Below are positions 18,578 to 28,983 of a stretch of DNA of 64,000 nucleotides, piece by piece. Each line of letters starts with the position of its first letter. The stretch's first letter is position 1. The DNA is taken from positions 32,001 through 96,000 of the forward strand of contig CBDBPB010000002.1 in NCBI GenBank assembly GCA_965208615.1, in the 5' to 3' direction. The notes beneath the pieces were generated by a model. It made no database searches, was not told where the DNA came from, and saw only the letters and a program-made list of their open reading frames with translations. A program made the translations under genes and the position numbers. The DNA is from Spirochaetota bacterium. Its GTDB lineage: Bacteria; Spirochaetota; UBA6919; CBDBPB01.

Positions 18578-20281
18578 ATGTTAATCATATTAATTGTTTG
18601 GATTTATGCTACGTTCTTACTCTGGTCATTTGGAGTGGCTTATCAAAGGATAATCGAAAAGATATTCTCTGAGCAAAAAGATATATCACCATATTTAACT
18701 CTGTGGAATGGTATTTTATTTATTACTGTTATATTGTCGGTAATATCTATTTTCTCTAAGATAACTTATGAGCTATCCTTAGTTTTTTTCGCTTGCTCTG
18801 TACTATACATTATATTCGATTTTAGTTATGTTAAAGATAAGTTTAAAAGCATTATACAAAGGTTAAAAGGTATCTCACCTTTTGTTTATGTAGTTTTTTT
18901 AGTATTTATTATTATTACTTTATACCAATCCAGCTTATCGTCCCTGCTTTTAGCTGATTCTGGTGGCTATCATCATCCAGCGGTTGAGTGGATAAATAAT
19001 TATTCAGTGGTACCTGGGTTAGGTAATTTGCATCATAGACTAGCCTTTAACTCTCATTGGTTTTTGTTTTCTGCACTGTTTAATTATAACGATTATAATT
19101 TTCATTTTATAAGTGGATTAATTATGCTATTTGCCATATTTTGGGGGTTAACTGGACTAAATAAGCTATTTCAAAAAAGATTTAATATTACAAATATAAT
19201 TAAAGCATTATCAGTGCTTCCTATACTTTTTATCTTTAGTAATCCTAATATAAACCAAGCTTTCAGTACAGATTTAGCAACTTTTTTTATTGTCTATTTT
19301 ATATTATATTATGCAGTTGAATTATTAGAGAAGAAAAAGGATAATAAAGTTTTAATATTTATGCTTGTTAACTTTTCTTTTTTTTTAGTAACAATTAAAC
19401 TATCTAGTTTATTTATAGCTATTGTTCCATTGTACTTTTTATATCTTTTTTTAAGAAAGACTGATATAAAGCTTAAGTCTATTTCTTTTGTAGCAGTAAG
19501 TTTTATTATAATTATAATGCCTTTTTTAATAAGAAATATTATTTTATCAGGATATTTAGTTTTTCCTTTACCAATGTTAGACTTCTTTGATTTTGACTGG
19601 AAGACTCCCTATAATGCAGTGCTTAACTTAAAGAATGTAATAGAGTTTTGGGCTAAAAAGCCAGGTGAAGGCTTTTGGGAAGTAGCTAATAATGATTTTT
19701 GGTTTTGGTTTATACCATGGATAAAAGACAACTGGAAAACACGAGAACTATCTTTACTAATTATAAGTATTATAACTTATGTATTTTATTTCTTTTTTCA
19801 CTATAATAGGTCAATAAGCCATTTAAAAAAGTTTAGTATTATTTATTTAACTTTGTTAGTTAATCTTAGTGTATGGTTTATTACTGCACCTGCTATTAGG
19901 TTTGCTAGTGGTTATATACTCTTTTTTAGTATATTTTTAATAGCTTTACAAGGGTGGGACTTTATAATTAAAATTAGAGAAAATGTTAATACAATACGAC
20001 TGGCAAAAGTATTATTAATATTAGCACTTTGCGTTTTGTTTTTTCGTATGGATTTTACTAAACTTATAAATATTAAAAGCTGGATAACCTTATCCTCTTA
20101 TCCAGAGGTAAAGCTAACTACTAAAAAAACAATAGACAATACAATAATTTATATGCCAGTAAAAGATGGAAATTGTTACAACGCTCCCTTACCTTGTACA
20201 CAGCCTTATATTTTTAATTCTAAGTTAGAGATGCGTGGTAAAAGCCTACAAGACGGCTTTAGGATAGCGGATAATAAATAA
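18578..20281 (+). CDS. GT-C-like membrane protein, paralog 2
   Basis: Near-identical scaffold to paralog 1. Confidence 0.8.
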   Translation: MLIILIVWIYATFLLWSFGVAYQRIIEKIFSEQKDISPYLTLWNGILFITVILSVISIFSKITYELSLVFFACSVLYIIFDFSYVKDKFKSIIQRLKGISPFVYVVFLVFIIITLYQSSLSSLLLADSGGYHHPAVEWINNYSVVPGLGNLHHRLAFNSHWFLFSALFNYNDYNFHFISGLIMLFAIFWGLTGLNKLFQKRFNITNIIKALSVLPILFIFSNPNINQAFSTDLATFFIVYFILYYAVELLEKKKDNKVLIFMLVNFSFFLVTIKLSSLFIAIVPLYFLYLFLRKTDIKLKSISFVAVSFIIIIMPFLIRNIILSGYLVFPLPMLDFFDFDWKTPYNAVLNLKNVIEFWAKKPGEGFWEVANNDFWFWFIPWIKDNWKTRELSLLIISIITYVFYFFFHYNRSISHLKKFSIIYLTLLVNLSVWFITAPAIRFASGYILFFSIFLIALQGWDFIIKIRENVNTIRLAKVLLILALCVLFFRMDFTKLINIKSWITLSSYPEVKLTTKKTIDNTIIYMPVKDGNCYNAPLPCTQPYIFNSKLEMRGKSLQDGFRIADNK

Positions 20282-20372
20282 ACTAATCTTTATATTGGGA
20301 TAGTCCAATAACTGCCTGACCAAGGGATAGTCCTCTATCTTAACCTAAATTAAACTTTATTGAGGAGTAAAA

Positions 20373-22124
20373 ATGTTAATCATATTAATTGTTTGGATTT
20401 ATGCTACGTTCTTACTCTGGTCATTTGGAGTGGCTTATCAAAGGATAATCGAAAAGATATTCTCTGAGCAAAAAGATATATCACCATATTTAACTCTGTG
20501 GAATGGTATTTTATTTATTACTGTTATATTGTCGATTATATCTATTTTTTCTAAGATTACTTATGAGCTATCCTTAGTTTTTTTCGCTTGCTCTGTACTA
20601 TACATTATATTCGATTTTAGTTATGTTAAAGATAAGTTTAAAAGCATTATACAAAGGTTAAAAGGTATTTCACCTTTTGTTTATGTAGTTTTTACTTTAT
20701 TTTTTATTGCTACTCTATTTCAATCTAGTTTGCCTGGTACAATATATAATGATACACTGATATATCACCATCAAACGGTTAAGTGGATAAATAATTATTC
20801 TGTGGTACCTGGTTTAGGCAATTTATTTCCTCAACTTGCTTTTAACTCCCATTGGCTTTTGTTTTCTGCACTGCTTAATTATAACGATTATGATTTTCAT
20901 TTTATGAATGGATTAATTGTTATATTTGGCTTCTTTTGGGTACTAACTGGGCTAAATGAATTACTACAAAAAAGATTTAGTCTTATAAAGATAATTAAAG
21001 GCTTAACAATACTGTTTGTAGCATTAAAAATCTTTGCTATTCGTTCCCTTAGTACAGACTTTCCTACTGCTTTTATTATCTACTTTATTTTATTTTATGC
21101 AGTTGAGCTATTAGAGAAGAAAGAGGATAATAAAGTTTTAATATTTATGCTTCTTAACTTTTCTTTTTTTGTAGTAACAATTAAGCTATCTAGTTTATTT
21201 ATAGTTATTGCTCCATTATACTTTTTATATCTTTTTTTAAAGAGGTCTAATATAAAGCTTAAGTCTATTTCTTTTGTAGCAGTAAGTTTTATTATAATTA
21301 TAATGCCTTTTTTAATAAGAAATATTATTTTATCAGGATATTTAGTTTTTCCTTTTCCAATGTTAGACTTCTTTGATTTTGACTGGAAGGTTTCTTATAA
21401 TATAGTAATCCTTGAAAAGAATGCAATAGAGTTTTGGGCTAAAATGCCTTTAGCAAACTGGCCATCAGTAGCTAATAATGATTTTTGGTTTTGGTTTGTA
21501 CCTTGGATAAAAAGAAATCTACTCTTTATAGGAAACAAAGAAAAGTGGGAAGCTATAGAACTTGTTTTATTTTTTATAAGTGTTATAGCTTATATATTTT
21601 ATTCCTTTTTTAATTTCAATAAGGTAATTAACCATTTAAAAAAGTTCAGTATTATTTATTTGACTTTGTTAGTTAATATTAGTGTATGGTTTATTACTGC
21701 ACCTGCTATTAGATTTGCTAGTGGTTACCTATTTTTTTCTATCGTATTCTTAATAGCTTTGCAAGAGTGGAAATGGATTGTTAAGGCTAAAGAAAATATA
21801 AATATAATAAAGCTAGCAAAGGTATTATTAATAATATTATCAGTTGGTTCTATTTTTTTTCGTCCAGTTGCTGTTATTGAAATGACATTTACAAATCCTA
21901 AAAAGTGGTTGACTTATGTAATAACTCCAGCACCTTATCCAGAAAGAAAGTTAATAAGCAAAAAATTATCGGACAAAGTAATACTTTATATGAGTCCAGA
22001 CTCTGGACAGTGTTCTAATGCCCCTTTACCTTGTGTAGAATATCCTCGACACTTTAATAATCCTAAGTTAGAGATGCGTGGTAAAAGCCTACAAGACGGC
22101 TTTAGGATAGCGGATAATAAATAA
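20373..22124 (+). CDS. GT-C-like membrane protein, paralog 3 (most divergent)
   Basis: Near-identical termini, divergent internal loops. Confidence 0.8.
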   Translation: MLIILIVWIYATFLLWSFGVAYQRIIEKIFSEQKDISPYLTLWNGILFITVILSIISIFSKITYELSLVFFACSVLYIIFDFSYVKDKFKSIIQRLKGISPFVYVVFTLFFIATLFQSSLPGTIYNDTLIYHHQTVKWINNYSVVPGLGNLFPQLAFNSHWLLFSALLNYNDYDFHFMNGLIVIFGFFWVLTGLNELLQKRFSLIKIIKGLTILFVALKIFAIRSLSTDFPTAFIIYFILFYAVELLEKKEDNKVLIFMLLNFSFFVVTIKLSSLFIVIAPLYFLYLFLKRSNIKLKSISFVAVSFIIIIMPFLIRNIILSGYLVFPFPMLDFFDFDWKVSYNIVILEKNAIEFWAKMPLANWPSVANNDFWFWFVPWIKRNLLFIGNKEKWEAIELVLFFISVIAYIFYSFFNFNKVINHLKKFSIIYLTLLVNISVWFITAPAIRFASGYLFFSIVFLIALQEWKWIVKAKENINIIKLAKVLLIILSVGSIFFRPVAVIEMTFTNPKKWLTYVITPAPYPERKLISKKLSDKVILYMSPDSGQCSNAPLPCVEYPRHFNNPKLEMRGKSLQDGFRIADNK

Positions 22125-22215
22125 ACTAATCTTTATATTGGGATAGTCCAATAACTGCCTGACCAAGGGATAGTCCTCTATCTTAACCTAAATTAAACTT
22201 TATTGAGGAGTAAAA

Positions 22216-23919
22216 ATGTTAATCATATTAATTGTTTGGATTTATGCTACGTTCTTACTCTGGTCATTTGGAGTGGCTTATCAAAGGATAATAGAGAAGG
22301 TATTCTCTGAGCAAAAAGATATATCACCATATTTAACTCTGTGGAATGGTATTTTATTTATTACTGTTATATTGTCGGTAATATCTATTTTCTCTAAGAT
22401 AACTTATGAGCTATCCTTAGTTTTTTTCGCTTGCTCTGTACTATACATTATATTCGATTTTAGTTATGTTAAAGATAAGTTTAAAAGTATTATACATACA
22501 TTAAAAGAGATTTCACCTTTTGTTTATGTAGTTTTTTTAGTATTTATTATTATTATTTTATACCAATCAAGTCTTTCATCCCTGCTTCTAAGTGATTCTG
22601 GTTACTATCATCATCCAACGGTTGAGTGGATAAATAATTATTCAGTGGTACCTGGGTTAGGTAATTTAAGTCTTCTATTTTCTTATAACTTTCATTGGTT
22701 TTTGTTTTCTGCATTGTTTAATTATAACGATTATAATTTTCATTTTATAAGTGGATTAATTATTCTATTTGCTATAGTTTGGGGGTTAACTGGCATAAAT
22801 AGGCTATTTCAAAAAAGATTTAATATTACAAATATAATTAAAGCATTATCAATATTTTTTATAATTATCTTTGGTGATCCTATTAGAAACCCAACTTTAA
22901 GTGTAGATTTACCAATTTTTTTTATTGTCTATTTTATATTATATTATGCAGTTGAGCTATTAGAGAAGAAAGAGGATAATAAGGTTTTAATATTTATGCT
23001 TGTTAACTTTTCTTTTTTTGTAGTAACAATTAAGCTATCTAGTTTATTTATAGCTATTGTCCCATTGTACTTTTTGTATCTTTTTTTAAGAAAGACTGAT
23101 ATAAAGTTTAAGTCTATTTCTTTTGTAGCAGTAAGTTTTATTATAATTATAATGCCTTTTTTAATAAGAAATATTATTTTATCAGGATATTTAGTTTTTC
23201 CTTTACCAATAGCAATGTTAGACTTCTTTAATTTTGACTGGAAGATGTCTTATAATGTAATGGTTAACTTAAAGAATGTAATAGAGTTTGGGGCTAAAAA
23301 GCCAGGTGAAGGCTTTTTGGAAGTAGCTAATAATGATTTTTGGTTTTGGTTTATACCATGGATAAAAGAAAACTTGAAAACCAGAGAACTATTATCTTTA
23401 CTAATTATAAGTATTATAACTTATGTTTTTTATTTCTTTTTTCACTATAACAGGGCAATAAGCCATTTAAAAAAGTTTAGTATTATTTATTTAACTTTGT
23501 TAGTTAATCTTAGTGTATGGTTTATTACTGCACCTTCTATTAGATTTGTTACTGGTTATACACTCTTTTTTAGTATATTTTTAATAGCTTTACAAGAGTG
23601 GGACTTTATAATTAAAATTAGAGAAAATGTTAATACAATACGACTGGCAAAAGTATTATTAATATTAGCACTTTGCGTTTTGTTTTTTCGTATGGATTTT
23701 ACTAAACTTATAAATATTAAAAGCTGGATAACCTTATCCTCTTATCCAGAGGCAGAGCTAACTACTAAAAAAACAATAGACAATACAATAATTTATATGC
23801 CAGTAAAAGATGGAAGTTGTTACAATGCTCCCTTACCTTGTACGCCATTTTTTAATCCTAAGTTAGAGATGCGTGGTAAAAGCCTACAAGACGGCTTTAG
23901 GATAGCGGATAATAAATAA
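22216..23919 (+). CDS. GT-C-like membrane protein, paralog 4
   Basis: Near-identical scaffold; abuts the hypF stop. Confidence 0.8.
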   Translation: MLIILIVWIYATFLLWSFGVAYQRIIEKVFSEQKDISPYLTLWNGILFITVILSVISIFSKITYELSLVFFACSVLYIIFDFSYVKDKFKSIIHTLKEISPFVYVVFLVFIIIILYQSSLSSLLLSDSGYYHHPTVEWINNYSVVPGLGNLSLLFSYNFHWFLFSALFNYNDYNFHFISGLIILFAIVWGLTGINRLFQKRFNITNIIKALSIFFIIIFGDPIRNPTLSVDLPIFFIVYFILYYAVELLEKKEDNKVLIFMLVNFSFFVVTIKLSSLFIAIVPLYFLYLFLRKTDIKFKSISFVAVSFIIIIMPFLIRNIILSGYLVFPLPIAMLDFFNFDWKMSYNVMVNLKNVIEFGAKKPGEGFLEVANNDFWFWFIPWIKENLKTRELLSLLIISIITYVFYFFFHYNRAISHLKKFSIIYLTLLVNLSVWFITAPSIRFVTGYTLFFSIFLIALQEWDFIIKIRENVNTIRLAKVLLILALCVLFFRMDFTKLINIKSWITLSSYPEAELTTKKTIDNTIIYMPVKDGSCYNAPLPCTPFFNPKLEMRGKSLQDGFRIADNK

Positions 23920-23920
23920 A

Positions 23921-26197
23921 CTAATCTTTATATTGGGATAGTCCAATAACTGCCTGACCAAGGGATAATCCCCCGTCATTACAGGGTACTTCTTTATGGG
24001 TATAAACTTTAAAGCCTGTTTTTTCTAATAGGCTTATTAATCCACTAAATAATACATCATTTTGGAATACCCCCCCACTTAGTACTACGTTATTAATACT
24101 GGTATGCTCTTTAGCTTTTTGAGCCACCTTATTAAACAGCTGTATTAGCGTATTATGGAATATGGCACTAATCTCAGATAATGGACTATTAACTTTTAGC
24201 ATTTTGACAACAGACCTAATTATAGGGGATATTAACATGATATACTGGTCATTATACTCCTGAATATCAGAGTCAAAGGTCTTATTAGACAAAGACTCAA
24301 TGGATTGCATAAACTCTATTGCACTTTGTCCTTCATACTCTATGGTTTGTCGTCCACCGCTAATGGAGGCTATAGCATCAAATAGGCGTCCACAGCTACT
24401 TGTTGTTGGACAGTTAAAGTTTTTATCTATCATATCAGTAATGAGTTTTATGGGATAATCCGTCATAAACGGTAGTTCTGGGATGTTTTTTCCGTATGCC
24501 TTATATAAATAGCTAATCCCAGTATGCCATGGCGATTTGATGGCACTATCACCCCCAGGTAGTGGATGAGGTTCAAAGTATGCAAAACGACTAAATCCAT
24601 TATAATCACCGATTAAGACTTCACCTCCCCAAATAGTATTATCTGTACCATATCCTGTACCGTCCATTATAATACCAATAACTGGATCAGCTAATCTATT
24701 ATCCGCCATACAAGATGTAAGATGAGCGTGGTGATGTTGTACAGCAATGATATTAACATTTTGCTCTTTTGCCCACTGACTACATAAGTATTGTGGGTGC
24801 AGATCATGGACAATTATATTAGGTTCCACTTTTAATATTTTTTTAAAGCTTTTTATCGTAGACTTGAAAAACTCATAAGCCTCAATATTAGTTATATCGC
24901 CAATATGCTGGCTTACAAATGCCTTATCCTTTTTTATAATGCAGATGGTATTTTTTAGTTCTCCGCCAACAGCCAGTACTGTGTTTTTAGACTTTTTTAT
25001 GAATATAGGCTTTGGAGTATAGCCCCTTGATCTACGTATAAAGCGGCGACTACATTCTAAATGCAGTGTAACAGAGTCGTCCACTCTTATTAGTATATCC
25101 CTATTGTGGAATAGAAAGCCATTCACAATATTACTTAGGCGGGTTTTAGCATCATCATTATCTATGGCGATAGGCTCTTCTGATATGTTACCACTGGTCA
25201 TGACCAAAGCTTTTATAGAGTTAGATTTGCTCTCACAAAGCTTTTGTAAAATGAGATAGTGAATAGGCGTATAGGGGAGCATAATACCAATACGGTTATT
25301 ATCCGGTGCAACAGCCTCACTAATATAGTTATTAGGTTTTTTATTTAGTAGTACAATAGGTCTGTTATGGCTCAATAATAGTTTCTCTTCTTCGGTATTA
25401 ATATTTGCCAATGTGTTAGCAGTTTTAATATCCATAACCATTATGGCAAAGGGCTTTTTAGCTCTCTTTTTGTTTTGTCTAAGGAGGTTAATAGCCAATT
25501 CATTAGAGGCATTTACTGCTATATGAAAGCCGCCTAATCCCTTAATAGCTATGACTTCACCGTTTAAGAGACTCTTAACAGCAGTATCTATGGCAGTATT
25601 TTGGTCAGTTATTTTAAGACCCTTAGTTGACTGAAACCATAAACTTGGTCCACACTCAAAGCAGGCATTAGGCTGAGCATGAAAACGACGATTACTTGGA
25701 TCATCATATTCACTTTGGCACTTAGGGCATTGTATAAACTGTCTCATGGACGTAAATGGACGATCATAAGGTATACCGTTTATTATGGTATATCTTGGTC
25801 CACAGTTAGTGCAGTTTATAAAGGGATAATGGTATCGTCTATTTTGAGGATCAAATAACTCTTTTAGACAGTCATCACAAATGCTAATGTCAGGGGATAT
25901 AAGGGTATCATGGCTAACACTACTAGGAGAGGACTCTATAACAAAATTACTATCCCTTTTACAGGGGATATTTATTTGACTAATACTTTTAATATCCGCA
26001 AGGGGTGGGGGACTGCTTTTAAGACTATTAATAAAATTATTTATTTTAGTTATATGTCCTTCTACCTCTACCTCAACGCCATTGGGAGTGTTTTTAACAA
26101 ATCCATTAAGATTTATTCTCTTTGCCAGATTATAAACAAAGGGTCTAAACCCCACTCCTTGTACTATACCATTTACATAAATCCTTATTCGTTGCAT
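23921..26197 (-). CDS. hypF: Hydrogenase maturation carbamoyltransferase HypF
   Basis: GIVQGVGFRPF, zinc fingers CTNCGPR, QHHHAH, SSCGRLFD, NDGGLSLGQ motifs. Confidence 0.98.
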   Translation of the reverse strand: MQRIRIYVNGIVQGVGFRPFVYNLAKRINLNGFVKNTPNGVEVEVEGHITKINNFINSLKSSPPPLADIKSISQINIPCKRDSNFVIESSPSSVSHDTLISPDISICDDCLKELFDPQNRRYHYPFINCTNCGPRYTIINGIPYDRPFTSMRQFIQCPKCQSEYDDPSNRRFHAQPNACFECGPSLWFQSTKGLKITDQNTAIDTAVKSLLNGEVIAIKGLGGFHIAVNASNELAINLLRQNKKRAKKPFAIMVMDIKTANTLANINTEEEKLLLSHNRPIVLLNKKPNNYISEAVAPDNNRIGIMLPYTPIHYLILQKLCESKSNSIKALVMTSGNISEEPIAIDNDDAKTRLSNIVNGFLFHNRDILIRVDDSVTLHLECSRRFIRRSRGYTPKPIFIKKSKNTVLAVGGELKNTICIIKKDKAFVSQHIGDITNIEAYEFFKSTIKSFKKILKVEPNIIVHDLHPQYLCSQWAKEQNVNIIAVQHHHAHLTSCMADNRLADPVIGIIMDGTGYGTDNTIWGGEVLIGDYNGFSRFAYFEPHPLPGGDSAIKSPWHTGISYLYKAYGKNIPELPFMTDYPIKLITDMIDKNFNCPTTSSCGRLFDAIASISGGRQTIEYEGQSAIEFMQSIESLSNKTFDSDIQEYNDQYIMLISPIIRSVVKMLKVNSPLSEISAIFHNTLIQLFNKVAQKAKEHTSINNVVLSGGVFQNDVLFSGLISLLEKTGFKVYTHKEVPCNDGGLSLGQAVIGLSQYKD

Positions 26198-26204
26198 TAG
26201 ATAG

Positions 26205-26948
26205 CTATTTTAGCATATCCCTAAGCCAGCTATACCACTTATCCATGCCTTCGTTAGTTTTAGCGGATACCTCGAAAAACTTAAGATTATGGTTTACCTT
26301 AAGGGCATAGTCCTTACACTTATCAACGCTAAAATCCAAGTAAGGGAGCAGGTCAATCTTATTTATAATACAAATGTCTGCCTCATAAAACATATTAGGG
26401 TATTTAATAGGTTTATCCTCACCCTCTGTAGTGCTTATTATAACCACTTTTTTTGATTCACCCAAGTCAAACATAGCAGGACATACAAGGTTACCAACGT
26501 TTTCTATAAACAGTATGGAGTTATTATTGGGTTTAATGGCTTTAACTGCCTTATCTATCATTTCAGAGTCCAGATGACAACCACTACCAGTATTAACCTG
26601 TACTACAGGAACTCCAACATCTTGGATGCGTTTAGCATCGTTTAATGTTTGCTGATCACCTTCTATAACGCTAAATGTTATTTTATTTTTGAGGTCGGAT
26701 ATAGTCTTCTCGAGTATCGTAGTTTTACCTGATCCAGGAGAGCTCATAAGGTTAATGGCAATAATGTTTTTTGATTTGAGATACTCTCTATTTTTGTTAG
26801 CCAGAGAACTATTCTTTTGTAATATATCCTTTTCTATTTTTAAGACAGTTTCACTATTGTGTTGGTGATAATGAAAATGATTATTATTATTTGGAGCTTG
26901 TATTGTAATGGTATTATTTGGTTTATGGCATCCACAGGTGTCGCACAT
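26205..26948 (-). CDS. hypB: Hydrogenase nickel incorporation GTPase HypB
   Basis: MCxxCGC, His-rich segment, SSPGSGKT, CHLD, ENVGNLVCP, NKID motifs. Confidence 0.98.
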   Translation of the reverse strand: MCDTCGCHKPNNTITIQAPNNNNHFHYHQHNSETVLKIEKDILQKNSSLANKNREYLKSKNIIAINLMSSPGSGKTTILEKTISDLKNKITFSVIEGDQQTLNDAKRIQDVGVPVVQVNTGSGCHLDSEMIDKAVKAIKPNNNSILFIENVGNLVCPAMFDLGESKKVVIISTTEGEDKPIKYPNMFYEADICIINKIDLLPYLDFSVDKCKDYALKVNHNLKFFEVSAKTNEGMDKWYSWLRDMLK

Positions 26949-26959
26949 AATATATCTCC

Positions 26960-27301
26960 TTAATCTACTATAATAGATTTTATTTTAAGTTCTTGTCCTT
27001 GTATTAGATTAACTTTCATGCTATTACAGTTATTACACTGCATAAACAGAGAATTAATATTAAACTTCGACTTACAGTTTTGACACTCTCCCATAGCAGG
27101 AACTTTATACAAACTAAGTTTTGCACCTTCAGCAATGGTATTCTTACAAACAGCTTCAAAACAGAACTCTAAGGCACTATCAACAATTCCTGATAGCTCA
27201 CCTAACTCTATTTCTATAAGGTTAATCTTTTGTGCATTGGCTGACTTAGCATGATCAAGGACTATATCGATCATGCTAGTTGCTATGGAGAGTTCATGCA
27301 T
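26960..27301 (-). CDS. hypA: Hydrogenase nickel metallochaperone HypA
   Basis: MHELS start and two CxxC motifs. Confidence 0.97.
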   Translation of the reverse strand: MHELSIATSMIDIVLDHAKSANAQKINLIEIELGELSGIVDSALEFCFEAVCKNTIAEGAKLSLYKVPAMGECQNCKSKFNINSLFMQCNNCNSMKVNLIQGQELKIKSIIVD

Positions 27302-27382
27302 AACTTAAAAATAGATAATTCTTTTTTTACTGTCAACGGTTTTAACTAGTTTTTACGTATGTATCACTTAGAAGATGAAAAA

Positions 27383-28888
27383 CTATTCTGAATAGGCTTC
27401 ATAAGCCTTTTGTGCATCCATATATGCTTTAGTAGCCTTATCAAGATTATTGTTTTGATCTCTTATATCGGATAGCTCTGTATAAGAGGCACCTAAGTGA
27501 ATATTTGTCTTTGCAAAACAACCTGGATTACTCTCAATATCGTATATACTAAGAGCGTTTTCTAAAAAGTGAATAGACTTTTTTAAGTTATTCTCTCTAC
27601 TTCTGTATGCAGATAGCCCGCAATATGCTACTCCTAAGTCACAAAGGGTTTCGGCATAATGTTCTGCTGTAATTTTATTATTAATACCAAGCTTTAACAC
27701 CTCTTCCCAAGCCTTTATGGACTCTAACAAGTCTTTTTCTTTTTCATCCCTATGGTTAGACAAAGACCAATAAGCACCGCCAAGGTTTTTTAATGTTCTG
27801 GCATACTTAGAAGGATCTTTATCAAGGGTATATACTTTTAATGCTTCTTTACAAGCAAGAACTGCATTTTTAAGATTATCTTTTCTACTATGGTGTTCGG
27901 ATAGGTTCCAATAGCTTGTACTCAAATTATCTTGCAAAGAGGCATAATAATCTGGATAACTATCTATGGTATAAATCGTAAGAGCCTTATTAAATGACTT
28001 TATAGCATTATGGAGTTCACTTTTTTCTTTTTTAATATAAGCAAGACTTAAATAGCTATTACCCAAATTATCGTGTATTAGTGCATAGTGATCGGGATAG
28101 TCATCTTTATTGTATATATCAAGTGCCAATTTATATGCATCAATTGAGAGATATAGGTTTACTTCGCTATCTTTATGTTGGGAAAGTTTTTGATAGGTAT
28201 TACCTATATTATTTTGAACAGTGGCAAAGTTCTTAGGATAATGTACAGCAGTATAAACCTTTAGGACAAGTTTATATGTAATTATAGCATTTTCTAAGTT
28301 TTTTTCTATGTTGGATATGTTACTAAGAGACCTATAAACAATAGCCAAATTATTCATAAGTCCTGCATATTCAAGGGGATGGCTTTCAAGAGTTCTAACT
28401 TTTAAGCCATCTTTACAAGCCTTCATAGCTTTTTTAAGGTAACTTTCTTCGTTTCCAAACATAGAAAGCTTCCAATATATTTCCCCCAAGCTATTTTTTA
28501 TGTTTGTATACTTAGATAAATTTGTATTTAAAGCTAATATACCTAGAGCTTTTTCATAGGCATTAGCTGATTTAATAAGGTTTTTCTTATTGTGTTCGTC
28601 AGTAAAAAGCTGATTATACCCCATTCCTTTAGAACATAAAATATCAATATATAACTCCGTACTCTTAGATGGCATTTTTCTAAGTACTTTGTTGTATATT
28701 GTAATAGCTTCTTTGATATGACCATTAGATAACAGGTTATCAGCCCTATTAGCTTCTTCCCTTATTTTTGTATTAAGGGATCGTTTTTTTGAGTTTTCAA
28801 GCATAAAATAAAAAACACCTCCTCCTATTACTCCCCCTATTAAGCCTCCAATCATAGCGACTAACCAAATTATAATTTGGGATATCAT
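27383..28888 (-). CDS. Membrane-anchored TPR-repeat protein
   Basis: N-terminal TM helix; about 10 repeats of YA...NNLG..Y..L......NL..AI..Y..AL. Confidence 0.85.
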   Translation of the reverse strand: MISQIIIWLVAMIGGLIGGVIGGGVFYFMLENSKKRSLNTKIREEANRADNLLSNGHIKEAITIYNKVLRKMPSKSTELYIDILCSKGMGYNQLFTDEHNKKNLIKSANAYEKALGILALNTNLSKYTNIKNSLGEIYWKLSMFGNEESYLKKAMKACKDGLKVRTLESHPLEYAGLMNNLAIVYRSLSNISNIEKNLENAIITYKLVLKVYTAVHYPKNFATVQNNIGNTYQKLSQHKDSEVNLYLSIDAYKLALDIYNKDDYPDHYALIHDNLGNSYLSLAYIKKEKSELHNAIKSFNKALTIYTIDSYPDYYASLQDNLSTSYWNLSEHHSRKDNLKNAVLACKEALKVYTLDKDPSKYARTLKNLGGAYWSLSNHRDEKEKDLLESIKAWEEVLKLGINNKITAEHYAETLCDLGVAYCGLSAYRSRENNLKKSIHFLENALSIYDIESNPGCFAKTNIHLGASYTELSDIRDQNNNLDKATKAYMDAQKAYEAYSE

Positions 28889-28983
28889 AATAATTACACT
28901 CCTAATAAATTATATGATAATCCTCATGGTTGTCTACTCAAAAAACTGACTTGGATAAGTTATAGCATAATTATATATCATAT

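Noticed and set aside
16789-23919. DGR-type or integron-cassette origin of the four paralogs
   Set aside because: Substitutions are not adenine-specific, the spacers are hypF-derived rather than attC-like, and no integrase is present.
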